Assembly: GCA_030704615.1 (NCBI GenBank)
Contig: CM060734.1
Coordinates: 32,798,001 to 32,862,000, forward strand
DNA: 64,000 nt
Reading direction: 5' to 3'
Source: Takakia lepidozioides
Lineage: Eukaryota; Plantae; Bryophyta
Part shown: piece after piece, positions 24,070 to 38,497 of the stretch
Numbering within the stretch: the first letter of the stretch is position 1
How the letters are laid out: every line of letters begins with the position of its first letter
Notes under the pieces: model-generated
The model's database searches: none
What the model was told of the DNA's origin: nothing
The model's input: only the letters and a program-made list of their open reading frames with translations
Translations under genes and position numbers: made by a program

Positions 24070-26068
24070 CTAGTGTAAGGAAACCATAGGAACTAGTAAA
24101 ATAATGAGAGATTCCACCTCCAAATGTGTGTAATGCAATGTCAAAGGTGAGTGAAAACTAGAGACAACAAGGCATGATCTAGTTTACTTACAGAATGTCC
24201 CACAAAGCACGAGCAAAGCACACTGTGCAAGCTCCACAAATGGTGATGGAAACCAACGGCACACTTCTGAGCAGATCAAAGTGTCGTCCAGACTTCTATT
24301 GAATCTAACTTGTAGAAGTGTAAGATAAGAAGGATCACACCATATCGTATCTTAGACTCACTGGAAGGTTTAGGCCCAAGTCCTCCGACGTTAGAAAAAG
24401 CGTAGAATTAGTTTCTTCCACTCGATGGATTCGTGAAATCATCTTCAAACAAAGGAAGGGAAAATAAAAACAAGTATCGATCTTCAAGACTCTTTGAGAC
24501 GTTTGAATAGATACATAATAATGACTGAGATAGCTAGAGTAGAGAAAAACTTCCAACCATCAAATTTTCCAAAAAGAAAGTGCTTCTCCTGATCTTTTTG
24601 TTTTTTGGCCATGTCATCAGGATACCAAAACCCAGGAATCTAATGAACGGGATCGAGGCAGTTCAGAGGCAATGGCACATTGCATCCACTCTGTAGCTCA
24701 AAGAAGTAAGCAAACGTTCTTCCAGAAGAGATAGAAAGTCCCATGCAGATCGAAACTCCTTCCCAGGCCTTAGAAAAAACAATTCCCTCTTAAAACAGCA
24801 AAAAACAAAGAAGAAATAAATCGGGTTAGGTGCAACTTAACTAAGTTAAGACCCGAAGCAGCATTAGAAACATCGCTCAAGAGCTTACGGGTGGAATTTT
24901 ATACCGCAGAATACATAGATTGAACAAGGTTGTGTCCAGGAATTTTAATTTGCGCTAATCTTCCTAAGATGGCAAGCTTTGCATTTAGAAGATGTTCAAT
25001 CAAAAACATTATTCTGAACTGTGAGGGAGATCTAATTTGACCCTGCAACAAATCTCCTGAGAAAAAACTCCGGTTACGAAAACAGAGTCAAACTTCACAT
25101 CGAAAACTCTTCACGGACGGGTCATAGATGAGGAGGAACGAAATTCATCTTTGAACAGCACCAGAACCTCTCCAGACCAGAAATTCCATTTCACAAGAAG
25201 ATTCCAAGGCCCGTGAAAATTTAGGAGTATGCTCCACAAACAAAGATATTCAAAAGTCTAGTCTTAAGGTAACCCCAACTTGAAAGGCCCCCTTCGAACC
25301 AAAGAAAGGAAAGAACATTGTGCTACTGAAGGTCTCCACAGCAGACCCGAATTGAAGAACGCAAAAGTGAGTGTGGACTCCAGATCCATTTTGCAAAGAG
25401 GCATTGCAAAGGACGACTAGATCTCAATAGGCTCCAGAAAAGACGCTGGGCTTCAGCCGAATGTCCTCTATCTTGTACTCAAGCCTTCCCTCTTTCTCTT
25501 TCAACGGCTTCGATCAAAGAAATGATATAATCCAAGAGCAGATACCTTATCCACGTTGTCGCTTAAGTCACTTGGCGGGAAGGTACACAACGCACCGTTC
25601 CATGTCACTAATTCACTGTTTACACCTACGCGTGTCGGGTGACCTAGAACGGGCCGGGCTACACCGATAGAAACACAAGATACCCGCCCGGGGGCCAGTG
25701 ATGATACCAAGATTGATCGTACGGCCCAAAATGATGAGGTGTCCACAATTATATAAAATGAAGTAAAATAATGGCGAATAAAAATAATATCTTAAATTTG
25801 ATAAAGCATCAAATACAGGATTTGACCAGTACCGGTGACACCAGGTATTCGGTTTGTAGGACCGCCTCGTGGCGGTTGCACGGACGGAAATGAACAGCGT
25901 TCACCGGGAGGGGCCGGTGAACTTCGTCTCTCTCGCCTGGCCGGAAGACCGGCAAGCACCGGTGAACACCACCCCCTTCTCTCGTCTCGCATCTCTCCGC
26001 AGCGTGTATGTGTGGGATCTGCCCTAGAGCTGCTTGTGTGTTGCTAGATTTGACGAAGCTCTGAGGCT

Positions 26069-27070
26069 ATGGCTTCTGCGAGTGCTCGCCGGGGCGGAGC
26101 TCGACTTGCAAACCTACTGCAAGGAAACATCGCTTCTTATGCTGCTAGTGGATCGGCAACGAATGCTGCCCCGGCATGGACATGGGCAGGGTTGGCAGCG
26201 GGGGAGCTGGCGCCCTTCGGGGCCAGATCGGCCTCGGGGCAGATTGTAAGGAACAGGATGAAGAGTGTGAAGAGTATTCAGAAGATCACGCAGGCCATGA
26301 AGATGGTGGCAGCCTCGAAGCTGCGCGGAGTGCAGGTCAAAACGGAGAACTCGCGGGGCCTGTGGCAGCCATTCACGGCCCTGCTCGGTGACAATCCTTC
26401 CGTGAATGTGAAGAAGAAGTTGATCATTAGCATGACATCGGACAAGGGTTTGTGCGGGGGTATCAACACCACAGCAGTCAAGTTCAGCAGAGCTTTGATG
26501 AGGTTGAATAAGGCCTTAGACCCTGAATGCGACGCCAAGTATATAATCATTGGTGAGAAAGGTAAGGTTCAATTGGTGCGGGATTCTAAGAAGTCCATCG
26601 CCATGTTCATTGGAGAAACACAGAAGGTTGGAATATGCTTCACTCAGGTTTCTATGATGGCCGATGAGATTCTCAAGCTGAATGAGTATGATGCCATCCA
26701 GCTGGTTTTCAGCAAATTCAACTCAGTTGTATCATTCGCCCCCACAGTTGCGACGATCGTATCTCCAGAGTTATTGGCTGGAGAAGAGGCCAAGGTAGGG
26801 GACCTGGATTCTTATGAAATGGAGGGAGAAACGAAAGGAGAGGTACTGCAAAATCTCGTCGAATTCCAGTTTGCTTCAGTGTTATACAATGCAATGCTGG
26901 AGAATGCATCCAGTGAGATGGGTGCGCGCATGTCGGCCATGGACAGCTCATCCAGAAATGCAAAGGATATGCTTGATCGTCTCACTCTGGCTTACAACAG
27001 ATCGCGGCAGGCATCAATTACGACTGAGCTGATTGAGATTATCTCCGGTGCTGCGGCACTGCAAGGCTAG
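26069..27070 (+). CDS. ATP3: Mitochondrial F1-ATP synthase gamma subunit precursor, intronless, 333 aa
   Basis: RMKSVKSIQKITQAMKMVAASKLR, TSDKGLCGGIN, SEMGARMSAMD and RQASITTELIEIISGA. Arg/Ala-rich presequence. No chloroplast redox insert. Confidence 0.97.
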   Translation: MASASARRGGARLANLLQGNIASYAASGSATNAAPAWTWAGLAAGELAPFGARSASGQIVRNRMKSVKSIQKITQAMKMVAASKLRGVQVKTENSRGLWQPFTALLGDNPSVNVKKKLIISMTSDKGLCGGINTTAVKFSRALMRLNKALDPECDAKYIIIGEKGKVQLVRDSKKSIAMFIGETQKVGICFTQVSMMADEILKLNEYDAIQLVFSKFNSVVSFAPTVATIVSPELLAGEEAKVGDLDSYEMEGETKGEVLQNLVEFQFASVLYNAMLENASSEMGARMSAMDSSSRNAKDMLDRLTLAYNRSRQASITTELIEIISGAAALQG

Positions 27071-29288
27071 GCTTTCTGCCAGCTATTTTCCTTGCATCTA
27101 GACATTCACACCTTCTGGATGCCTGGCACACTTGGTCTGCATTCTCAGTTGTTTGCGGCATGAGGCTTTTTGGAGGGTTGCAAGACTGGACCCCAGAGGA
27201 TGGGGGAGGTTTTTCTCTCAATCCAGGGGCCATGGATATTTGACAATGTGATCTGGAGAGGTGATCTGGACACCTTGTGGAAGATTCGTCTTGGTAATTT
27301 CTTGCCAGTTTTGATGGGAGGATGTTGCAGGCATGAAGGGAAAATGCTTGTGGAGAAGATGTATGCTCTTCATAACAGAACTCTTTGTGGTTGGGTGAAC
27401 TTCCCATAGCCCTTGATCTATTTGGTTGCTTTCAACTGTTCTCTTGAGTTGTATAGTGTAGAGAATGGAGAACATCTGCATTGGAGACAAATGATTGGTA
27501 TGTTGTCTTATCAATCTTCCTGTGGAGGGGGGGAAGGGAATGTGGAGATCAAAGTGTGTTTGGGTGTAAGTGAGCCTAAACTGGTCTGTAGCTCCATTGT
27601 CTAGATGTGCCTAGTACCTGTGAGTCCTGGCTATCAACAAGACCACTCTCTTCTGTCATGGAAGAAAGATGGCAATTAATGATGACCAGCATCTTCAGAA
27701 AGTTCAATAATACCTACTTGCATATGCAAGTTGAGAGGCTGAGGACAATTCGGACTACCCCAAACATGCCTTGATATTGCAATATTCCCAAGGGTAAGTG
27801 CCTGTAAACTTTGTAGAAGGCAATATGGTGCAGCCTGTGTCTGGTTGGGCATGTATGTGGATTATTTGCAGCATTTGGTATATGCCAAATATCCATAGAA
27901 TCTTATGTGCACCAATGTGGATAAGCTGTGTTTCTAGCTACATGGGTTGAGCGCCATGCTCCGTTAGTTGGTGATGTGAATGTTTCTCACTGCAGTCTCC
28001 TACCGATTGATTGGCTTACTAAGGGAAAGACGGGGTGCGAGCTTGCATAATGGGATGATTGTGTTTCTTTATTTTCCAGCAAAGTTCAAATGCTCTGAAA
28101 GCCAAAAGGCGTGAAGATCTGCATCTTACAATGGTGGTACTTCTTTCCTTGCACTCTCAATGTAGTTGTAGTGCAATATATTCTTGTAGTATAGCTACAC
28201 AAATTGCATATGATTGTCACTTGGTGATGTATGTGGTGCTTTTTCCTTGAATATCCCTCTGCTATGAACATTTGACAATCTGGGTGGCTGGAACTTGGAT
28301 GATGTTAGAAAGTCTTTGTTGGAAGATCTTCTAGTCTTTCTGTTTTTTCTTGTCACACCCTGAGTACCGTCCGGTATGCCAGGCAAGAATTAGCTAACTG
28401 GGTCATACGGTTTAATTCAAAGTCTAGCTGCTTGGTTTCAAAGGACATTCTACAGGGCTCAGTCACCACACATGGAGAATGAAAGCATCTTAAGATGCAA
28501 AATTATTTCTAAGCTTGTCTAGTGTGATCTGGACAGCAATGTGAGTCGGTCATGATAACGCCAATCATTTTTACTAGGTAGTCCAGAGGAAGATGAGTGG
28601 TGCAGAGTCCAATTGATCAAGTAGCTCTCCCAGGTAGATTATGGCTGGTGTTCGTATTTAGGATATATGATTTACCAATGGTGCTACCTAACATCTTAGT
28701 GTACTTTGGTACCTGATGGTTCACTGAATTATGGTTGGTAAAGATCACACCTGATGGACCTCTTCCATATCCCCTTGTTCTGCCACTCAATCTAATGGTC
28801 TGAATAGAAGACATGCAGGGTCTGCAAGTAAAATTTGACGTGTATTGTGCCATGATGGATTCAACATTGGTTTGTTCAGGGCATCACCTATATTAGAAAT
28901 TTCATGGGAATGGCAAGCACTCACAGGCTTTGCTGTTGGCTGGATCTCAATAAAACTCTGGAACCTTATGTTGAGTGGAACATGAAGCAGGAGTGTGTGG
29001 ATCTTTTCCCTTTTTCTTTCATCCCGCTCTCCCTTCATCAGTATCTGGTCATATGGAATCCCGGCAATAAGCAGAGAGAGAGAAGCAGTGCACAGTGGAA
29101 GGACCCATGCTCACCAGCAGTAAATCAGCTGCGGGCGGAAGGAGAGTAAGGAGAGTAGGAATTCTATACCGGTGTATCTTTGTTCCAAAACCTCCTCTCT
29201 CTGGAAACCTGCCCGTCTTTTATTGGTGCTCTCTCTCTCTCTCTGTTTACTAAGGCTTCAACAGTAGAGAATTCTCAGCGATAACAGG

Positions 29289-31370
29289 TCACTGAAGGGA
29301 CTCTTGAGCAGTCTTATTCCTCGCCGGTACCTCAGGGGCCAAGGGGCTAGGGTTGATATAACTTGAATTGAATATGCGGGAAGAGCTTGCAAAGGCATGA
29401 GCGGACTGGGTGGTCTCGGAAATACTCAAATCTTTCCACCACCACCCATCCATGGCGACTGTCCCTTCAATCTCTTCAGGCACTTTGATGACCCTGCAAT
29501 TGTCTTTGTTAGAGTCAGGGGTGAGGAGGCCAATGTAGTGGTTGACTCGGGCTGCCCCTGTATCCAGTGTGACACCATTCCATTGGGGATCAAGGGAGAG
29601 ATGGGTGCTGCCCGCAAACACCCGGCGGGGATTGGCCAGCCATGTCCTCTGGCCCTCAACACCATAACATGTTGGTGCTCTCTCCTTCTCTCCACATGTT
29701 GGGTGCTCTAGTCGAAAGTACATTCTATCTATTGCCCACATCTCTCCAACACTCGAGTTCTGCTGGGGAGAACAGTAGGTATTGCTCCAGATCATGTTGC
29801 CAAATGAGATCCAAGGGCTGTCTTTATGGCTTTCCAACATGGCGGAAACACTGTAAGGGGCAGAGATGGAGAGATATTCGTCCAAGTCCCAGAAGAATAC
29901 CCAATCGGCAAGAAATCGCACACGGTGTAAGCAATCGTTGATTGCTAAGTGGTGACTTGGGTATTGCCCTTCAAACATCTTGCTCTTGTTGGAGCTTATG
30001 TTGACGAGCGTGAGTAACCCACGGTCCAGCAAAGGGCGAAGAACTTTCATCGTTTCTGCATCGAGCTGGCCTCCGTGATAGATGAAGTAGTGAACTTTCC
30101 CGTCATGAAACAGATGGTGGTGATACATAAACCACTGCTTCAAGTACTCTGCGTTCAGTTTGGCCCAGATGGGTGGAGAGCAGTAGGCATACTTGTATTT
30201 GCGGTGTCCTTCAAACTGGATGCGGTTGATAGCCTCTGGGCGCTCATCGAAGACAGGAACGAAGCTCCCAGTGGCGAGCTTGAGGTACAGATGCCCACCA
30301 TGGCCATTGGCACCAGCGGGGTCCTCGAACACGCACTTGATAACTGCGACATCGTAAGGGCCTCCATGTGGGTCATTCACAATGACCACACTCTTGGATC
30401 CCAGTTGTATCTGTGGATGCTTGTGTGAGGGAGAAGGAGAGAGAGGAAATACAGGTGCCTGCTCAGGGCTCCCAGTCCTAGCCATCCAAGCGCACATATT
30501 GGGGGTTGGGTCTGTGGGCGCAGTCTTTTCTTGAAGAGTGGCAGCCACGAGGGCGACCACGAAAAAAGCTTCGTTCGAGAATCTGTAAGCGCTGAACACC
30601 ACGAGTGGGTGGAGAGCTTGGCCGTAAGTCTGGAATTTGTAATCCCACTCTGACATCGAGTGTGGATTCTTCTTCTTTTCTTGTGCCTTGAATTCGACCT
30701 CTGGCCCCCACCCCCCATATCAAAACGTGTCTTTATGTTAATGTCTGTGTGGATTGCATTCCACATGCTCTCAGTCTATGTCACTTGAATAACTATGAAT
30801 CAAGAGCGAACGTTGTGCTGCATTCTTCCTGTTCCTGTACTTGGAAGAGGGGAACCCACCTTTGACAGCAGAATTCCTCCCGGAATCGGATGAGGCCAAC
30901 TCCTTCTGAAGCTCCTCCACATTGTAGAGCTCTTGCATTACCTCGGCAAGAAGCTCTCCCGTCGATCCGTCCAGTGCACCATTGATATCCCACTGAGGTG
31001 AAGATCGGTGCCCGCTCATCGCAAACACTGCATTGGCATCGGTTTCGGTAGTGTTCACAATAATTATCAATCCTTTCTCCAAACCCTCCTTCACTAGTTC
31101 CTTTATGGGTTGCACAGAATTTGCCGACGGATCCATAGCGGACTCCTTACTAGTGTAAGCGATTTGGTTTGATCTTGACACACTGTGCGCTACACTGATT
31201 ATCATGTGGTGGTTATGGCTCCTAAGGTCAGTCACGGTGCTGAAGACTATGAGAAGTACTCCAGACACTCCCAGAAAGCCAACTGCTACAGGCGCCATCC
31301 TCATAGATCGTGTTGTCCGTGCTATGTTGCCCATACTACAGGGTCTAATCCACGCGGTGAAAGCTGCCAT
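29289..31370 (-). CDS. Glycosyltransferase family 92 (DUF23; galactan beta-1,4-galactosyltransferase-like), type II membrane protein; probable 84-nt intron 30784-30701
   Basis: N-terminal TM anchor, SAYRFS, YAYCSPP, LKQWFMYH, INDCLHRVRFLADWVFFWDLDEY (DxD motif) and ANPRRVF. The two ORFs share a frame and are separated by three stops within a GT...CAG segment. Confidence 0.8.
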
Positions 31371-33182
31371 CCTCCTATTTTGTCTCTCTCGATGAAGTCT
31401 AATGTAGTACTTTCTTGCTTCTCTTGTGTGAGCTACTTCATAATCTGATCAAGGACTAGCATTCACAACAGGCCATGAGTACTTTAAGGACTTTCTGCTA
31501 TGGAAATCTGGCAGTGGACACTGAGATATACAGTGGGTTTGCTGCCAACTCGTTGTGTATGTACTTCAGCTACATTGTACTGATAACCAATTTCTCAGGA
31601 AGCAGGAAGGCCTCTCTCCGGGCTTAAGGGAGGCGTCCACCCCTGCTGCAATTTGCAAACGGGAGCTGGTAAGTCCAAAGCCCTTTCTGGTTTGGGGAAA
31701 CAATGTCTCCCCTCTTTTTACTCCCACTCTCTCATATGCTAGACAGCAAGAATGTCTACTGATCCTGGGACATTCTCTAACCTTTTTGTATGCCTTACAG
31801 TAAGGACACAGAAACCAGCTCTCGATTACGTTAGTAGAGCGAAAGTGGGCGTCTCTCTCCCTCAAGCAAGCGTATGAAGAGCACATAGATACAGTATAGG
31901 AACTACGGACTCGGCCATTCTCTACTGGAAACCCAACAGTGGTAGCTAGAAGAGCTATGGGGCCAAGACTGGGAAATATCAGAAACCTGGCAGGAAGAGC
32001 CAAGACTGGTGAATGACGAGCCCACAGTGACGATCTTGCAAATCACAAGATTGGGGATGGTCATTTGCAACAATTTCCGAGTCTTGGCCCACATCATTGC
32101 CACCCCACTGCGAGACTTGGAGACTATGCAGAAATTTGAGCCAGCGATCTGTAGACGAATTTGGACGGACGTCAAAGTCGGACCCGACGTTAACTCTGGA
32201 CGCAAATGCTTCTTGGAAGAGGGATATTGTGGAGGGTGATGTACTGCACACTCCATTTGTCCAAGAGGTGCGTGCCTTCGCCCGTCCGTTTTCAACCTCA
32301 CAGCTGCTATCGAGTGAAGTATCTTCCACTGTAATCAAAACATTGAGCACTCGACTCTGCCTCAGGCCTACCGCGACCCACCTTGGTGAATGGGGTTCAA
32401 ATGCTGGATGTCTTGTTGGGTGTGTGGTCTTGCCTTGTGGGCTGGGCTGGAGCCTTGTGTGCTCGGCACCTCATGGCGGGTTACATTATACTCCCTCTTA
32501 CCAATGTGAGCAGGTTTCTCCGGGGTGATTTGTGATTTCCCTTTCCAGAAAACCAATTGCTCTCCAGGTGGTTGCTGAATTGCTCTTTCGTAGGACTACT
32601 TTCTTGACTGCCTACCACCGGAAGATTGACACACCATGTGTGCTTAGACTTGTCAACATGGAGGTTGCTTGGAGTCTTTAGATCGTCGCCGACAGCAGAT
32701 GATGTTGAAGTCTTGGACTTCCTTCAACCGATCCTCGAGGTAGCTGGTTATTGCATTTCATTTCTTATGTCCGATACGCTGTTTGGTTAGGAGCATTCTT
32801 ACTGTTCAGCTATGAACTCCTCGTTGGAATCAAACTATGAACACGTCCCCAGTAGTGTTTTGTTTGCTCGCTTCCTCCTTGACAGGAAGAGGAGAAAGGA
32901 AAAGAAAAAGTCAAATGATCGAGATACAAGGAAAAAGCTTAGTAATCAGTGCAGAGTTGAACTCGCTCAAGTATTAAAATAGAAAATGTCGAGTAGGTAA
33001 GGCAAAAGAGAAAGAAAAAGTTTAGGTGCAGTGTGGTGTCGTGGGTCCCACGACATCACGAGTATGTAGACGATGCAAGTTCTCAAAGCAATGGCACAGT
33101 GAAGGCCTTGTATTTGATGTGTTCATATTGCAGTTTGCAATTACACCCAGGTTTCTACTAAGCAGGTTTTCAAGTCTTTGAA

Positions 33183-34515
<1,333 letters not shown>

Positions 34516-36079
34516 ATGAGCAATAAATGACAAAATTTGGGGTGACCCCAGCTTTCCATGTTTTGGCCCATGGGATATACCCTAAGAAAGGAAGGAGGGG
34601 CAGTGCATAGAGGTCAGGGAAGGGGAAACCCACATCTAAGAGGTTGCATTGAAATGATGGATTCAATCAGAAATTCAGGAGGACGTTCCCAACTTGATTC
34701 ACAACATTGGCACCGTTCATTTTTCCAGAAAACATACCCAAGCTTTTCTCAAAAACCAAGGCAGCAAAATACAAAAAGATGCAGTACGGGACCCCCTCAG
34801 GATCACTACGAAGGAGGTATAACCAAATCTTGTCCAAAAACTCTGAAAATTAGTAGAAGGTGGCCAACATCACTAGGCATGTTCATGTTGAATTTGATCT
34901 CAATTGGCTGAGCCATTTAGGAATTCCGATAAGATTGGTGAAGTTGTTTCCTACTCTGCAAAGGTTTCAGAAACTTTTCATGCTCACAAAAATGATAAGA
35001 TCCTCCCCCCCCCCCCCACTTTTGAGGTAATTTGAACTCGAATACAAGGGAGTTGGGAAGAGGTCTTTATCTTCCCTCCCTAAGCTCGGATTAGGTGCTT
35101 TGTTGTATTACATGCCTAAACTCACGAAGCGCTTGTAGCAGGGATGAATCGTTTTAGTTCGTTGTAACATCCTCAAGAAGTGCACCTTCAACATTGGAAT
35201 TGAGAGAAGCTGTTATTGTGAAGTGGTCTTGTTCTTTACTTCTTTGATGATCATCATGTGTCGGCTAGTCATGACTAGTGATAATAGACAGCTTTCACTT
35301 GCTGTATCTGGTTATCTGGCACCTGTTTTAGTAAGCCTGTAAATATGTACACTAACTTGAGTGGGGAGGTGTGATTGGACTTGCTGCAATTCTGACTTAT
35401 TACCCCAAGGTTGGCGGCCTGCAGGTGGATCCATCTTAAATACTTTTTGAGGCACTTTGTAAGGAGTGCAACCTAATGGTATACATATTCACTCAGCAAA
35501 GAGCATCAAATCTTGTTCATTTAAGTGATGAAGGTAGCTACAGACTTCTTATGTCTTTGTCAAGCTTCAAATTCAAGAACTAAGACTCCTGCATCACCTA
35601 CTAACCTTGTCAGCCCAGCAACTGAAAGGAGACAAATTAGCAGGTCAACATGTGCATCAATATCTGGTAGTGCACACCATGACAGATTGCCCGGTCTTTG
35701 TCCCTGGTTATTGAAATCAACAATCCGTGGTTGTAAGATCTGACATGGCCACACCTCTAGGCACACAACCTCTAACAGTGGGCGCGCATTTTCCCCTCAT
35801 CCGTCCATTTCTCTTTTCCTTTGGGATGTATTGAATGATGCAGTTCTCTCCCTGCATGGCCAGCTTGTCCACCATGTTTTGCTCTTTAGAAGTTTTCAGA
35901 TTGGAAGATGGAGAGCGGACAACCTGTGGGGGAGCTGCCGTGTCACTGGAGCCAACCATCAGATTCTGAAATCTGGCCACATTCTGTTTGGTCTTTTTGT
36001 CAGCCTGATCCTTAAGCTTCAGCCTAACCTGTTCCACCATAGATTCTCCATCCTTTTGAGCCCATGACTAGATCTCCAT

Positions 36080-37740
36080 AGTTGAGCCGTGCATAAAAAA
36101 CATCTATTCATCCATTTTCTTACTTGTCATCCGAAACTCGTCTACCATTATTCATCCGTCCTTCATTTCATCCATCTGAACCACGCGCGAACGCTCGTCG
36201 ATGTGGTTCTAGTTCTGTTATGGAGTCGTAGACAATGTTGTGCATTTGGATCGTAGCTTTAGTAGATCCTTTAATTTTCTACAAATTTCTGTTTCGACCA
36301 ATAGAGACCTACGTTCTACATTCTAGTACATAATCCGAGAGTCCGAGTTCTATTTTCAATTTGCAAATCATTATAACCCTAAACGCGGGCGATCGCGCGA
36401 GGTTCTTTTTCATCTTCATCCTCAGTTTTTCTAAACAAACTTCAGTAACTTATTGTTTCACTCTTTCTTAGTGTCCATTGATATAGTGCCGAATCATTAA
36501 TCACCAAAATCTCTAGTGTAGGATACAAGCGCGATCGCGCGAGGTACTTGGAAATATCGTTGTTCCAAACTGGTCAACAAGTTTTCCTCACTCTTCAGGG
36601 CTCGAACTCTATCGTCACAACAGCAGAATGTCTCAATGTGACTGGTTGCGGAAGTTGCTATGAACGACAGCTAAACGGGTCCACAATATATGTTGTTATA
36701 GTGTCTTGTGATCCGGCACATTCTTCTGTGTCGTTGCCATATCCGCACATGGATGCGGACTCTTTGGGAGAAGCAATCGGAACACCTGTCGTTTGGGATG
36801 TGGTGCAAATTCAAAAAGATACTGGGACTGACACCAACACCAACAATGAGGTTCATCGGTTCTCGGAGGTCGAATTGACATCTGCGGCTGATTACCATCC
36901 AAAATTCAATGAACAAATTGAATCTGACATGTCAAGGCCGTCTCTGAATAACGATGTTGCTATGGGTAGAGACAGTTGGAGAAATAAATCGTGTATTCTC
37001 CTTGGAGATGCACAAAGTGCTTTGTACGAGGATAGAATTCAAGCATGTCATCCTGACGTGGTGATACTTTGTGAAAAAATTGGAGAACATCACGTCGGGG
37101 TGCTCGTTACAAGGATTTTGAATGGCGGTTCAACCAATCTCATGTGTCTCGTGAACTGGCCATTGATGCAGACTCGGTTGATTGATAGTGGCAAGACATT
37201 GTCACTAGAGCTTCATAGGTTCATCAATAGTAAGGAACAAACATATATTGGTCACAACGAGAAATGTGTTAAAAAAGCAGCATACCGGCATTTCAACAAA
37301 CCAAAAAAAAATCCGAAAAAAGATGATTCCAAAAAGATAAATACTCGCCTATCTCTACAGGCAGTTCGAGAAGTCAGCAGCAAACAATGTTGCAATTTAC
37401 AGTGTTGCCAATATTTTGATTGGAGAAAAACACTCGCTATCCGGACCGCTTATTGGGGATCCTCTTACGACGAACGGAGCGAGTTCGGTTTTGATGTTCC
37501 CAAAAGACTTCATCGAATCGACGGGGTTTCGACAAAGGCCTACATAACCATTGAGGGCGTTGATGTGTGTGAGACAGCTTGGTGGACAATTCACGGAATC
37601 GGTCGTTCAACCTACATGAAATACAAAAAACTGAGCAGAGAGGGTGTGGTTACATCGTTGCACGGGAATTCCGGAGTGAAACGGCCCCGTCCACAAACTC
37701 GTCAAGCTGAAGGAAACTTAATGTCGATTATAAACGGGAG
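36080..37740 (+). mobile_element. 5' part of a DNA transposon with a truncated Sola-like transposase ORF (36548/36748-~37735)
   Basis: CCxxxCC...YITIEGVDVCETAWWTIHGIGRSTY...HGNSG resembles the Cys-rich N-terminal region of Sola-type transposases. Repeated CGATCGCGCGAGGT (~36390, ~36532) and TCATCC arrays lie upstream. No catalytic domain before the breakpoint. Confidence 0.55.
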
Positions 37741-38497
37741 AACGACGAGTAGGGGTAGGCTTGTGAACTCTGAAAAAAAAAAAAATTCTGCATTTTGGCT
37801 AAGTCTCCAGCTTTGAATGTATGTGGTTTTAATCTAGGATTGCTTTCTTGTAGGTGTTGGAGTGGTTGCTGACATGGAGTTGTTGCAGTGCTGGAGTTTG
37901 GGCTGCATCAACACATTTGATAAGTATTTTTAAACTGCTGATTGTTTATGTTTGATATTGACCAATGCTTATACTCCGCATCCACTTGACCTTTGAGGTC
38001 TAACTTGGGTGTTTTTGTTCTCTTCACAGGTGCAGAGTTTCAAGACATGGCACACCACCATCTATCACTTGAGGTGGAGATCAGCTACTGTACTTAGGCA
38101 TCGCAAGAGTAGCCAACGTACCCAGTCACCTACAGATTAGCCAGTGTTTGAGTGACCACAAATTTGCTTTTATTTTGGGATCCTCGGTTCCATTACAATG
38201 TTGATTTTTTAGCCCTGTCATCTGGTTCTTAACTTTGCTCATGCTGGTATTGGCGAGGACAAGAAATTGACAGCAAACCAAAGAGATTTTGGCATAGAGT
38301 AGAGTAGATCATTTTATAAGCTTCACATATGCATAACTCAACAGGAGCAATTTCATAAGCTCATGGCAGTTCCTAATTTCAATTGCTTTGTTTCTATTTG
38401 TATTAGTGCTCTGTCGCATTCAACATTTGTGGCTTGAAAGAAAAACAACGGCAGTGAAAATAGTTATAAATGCAAGGCCAAAAGTTCCATATGTATG

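Noticed and set aside
25698-25762. Box C motifs (GTGATGA, ATGATGA) as a C/D snoRNA
   Set aside because: No D box (CTGA) at a suitable distance and no recognisable rRNA guide.
31555-32560. Several 80-145 aa ORFs on both strands
   Set aside because: No recognisable domain or coherent exon chain; possibly an old pseudogene.
35500-36070. Coding-like minus-strand fragments (107 and 68 aa)
   Set aside because: Frameshifted, unassignable and truncated by the adjacent element.
36375-36384. AACCCTAAA as a telomerase RNA template or telomere relic
   Set aside because: A single telo-box with no USE/TATA type-3 promoter and no repeat array.
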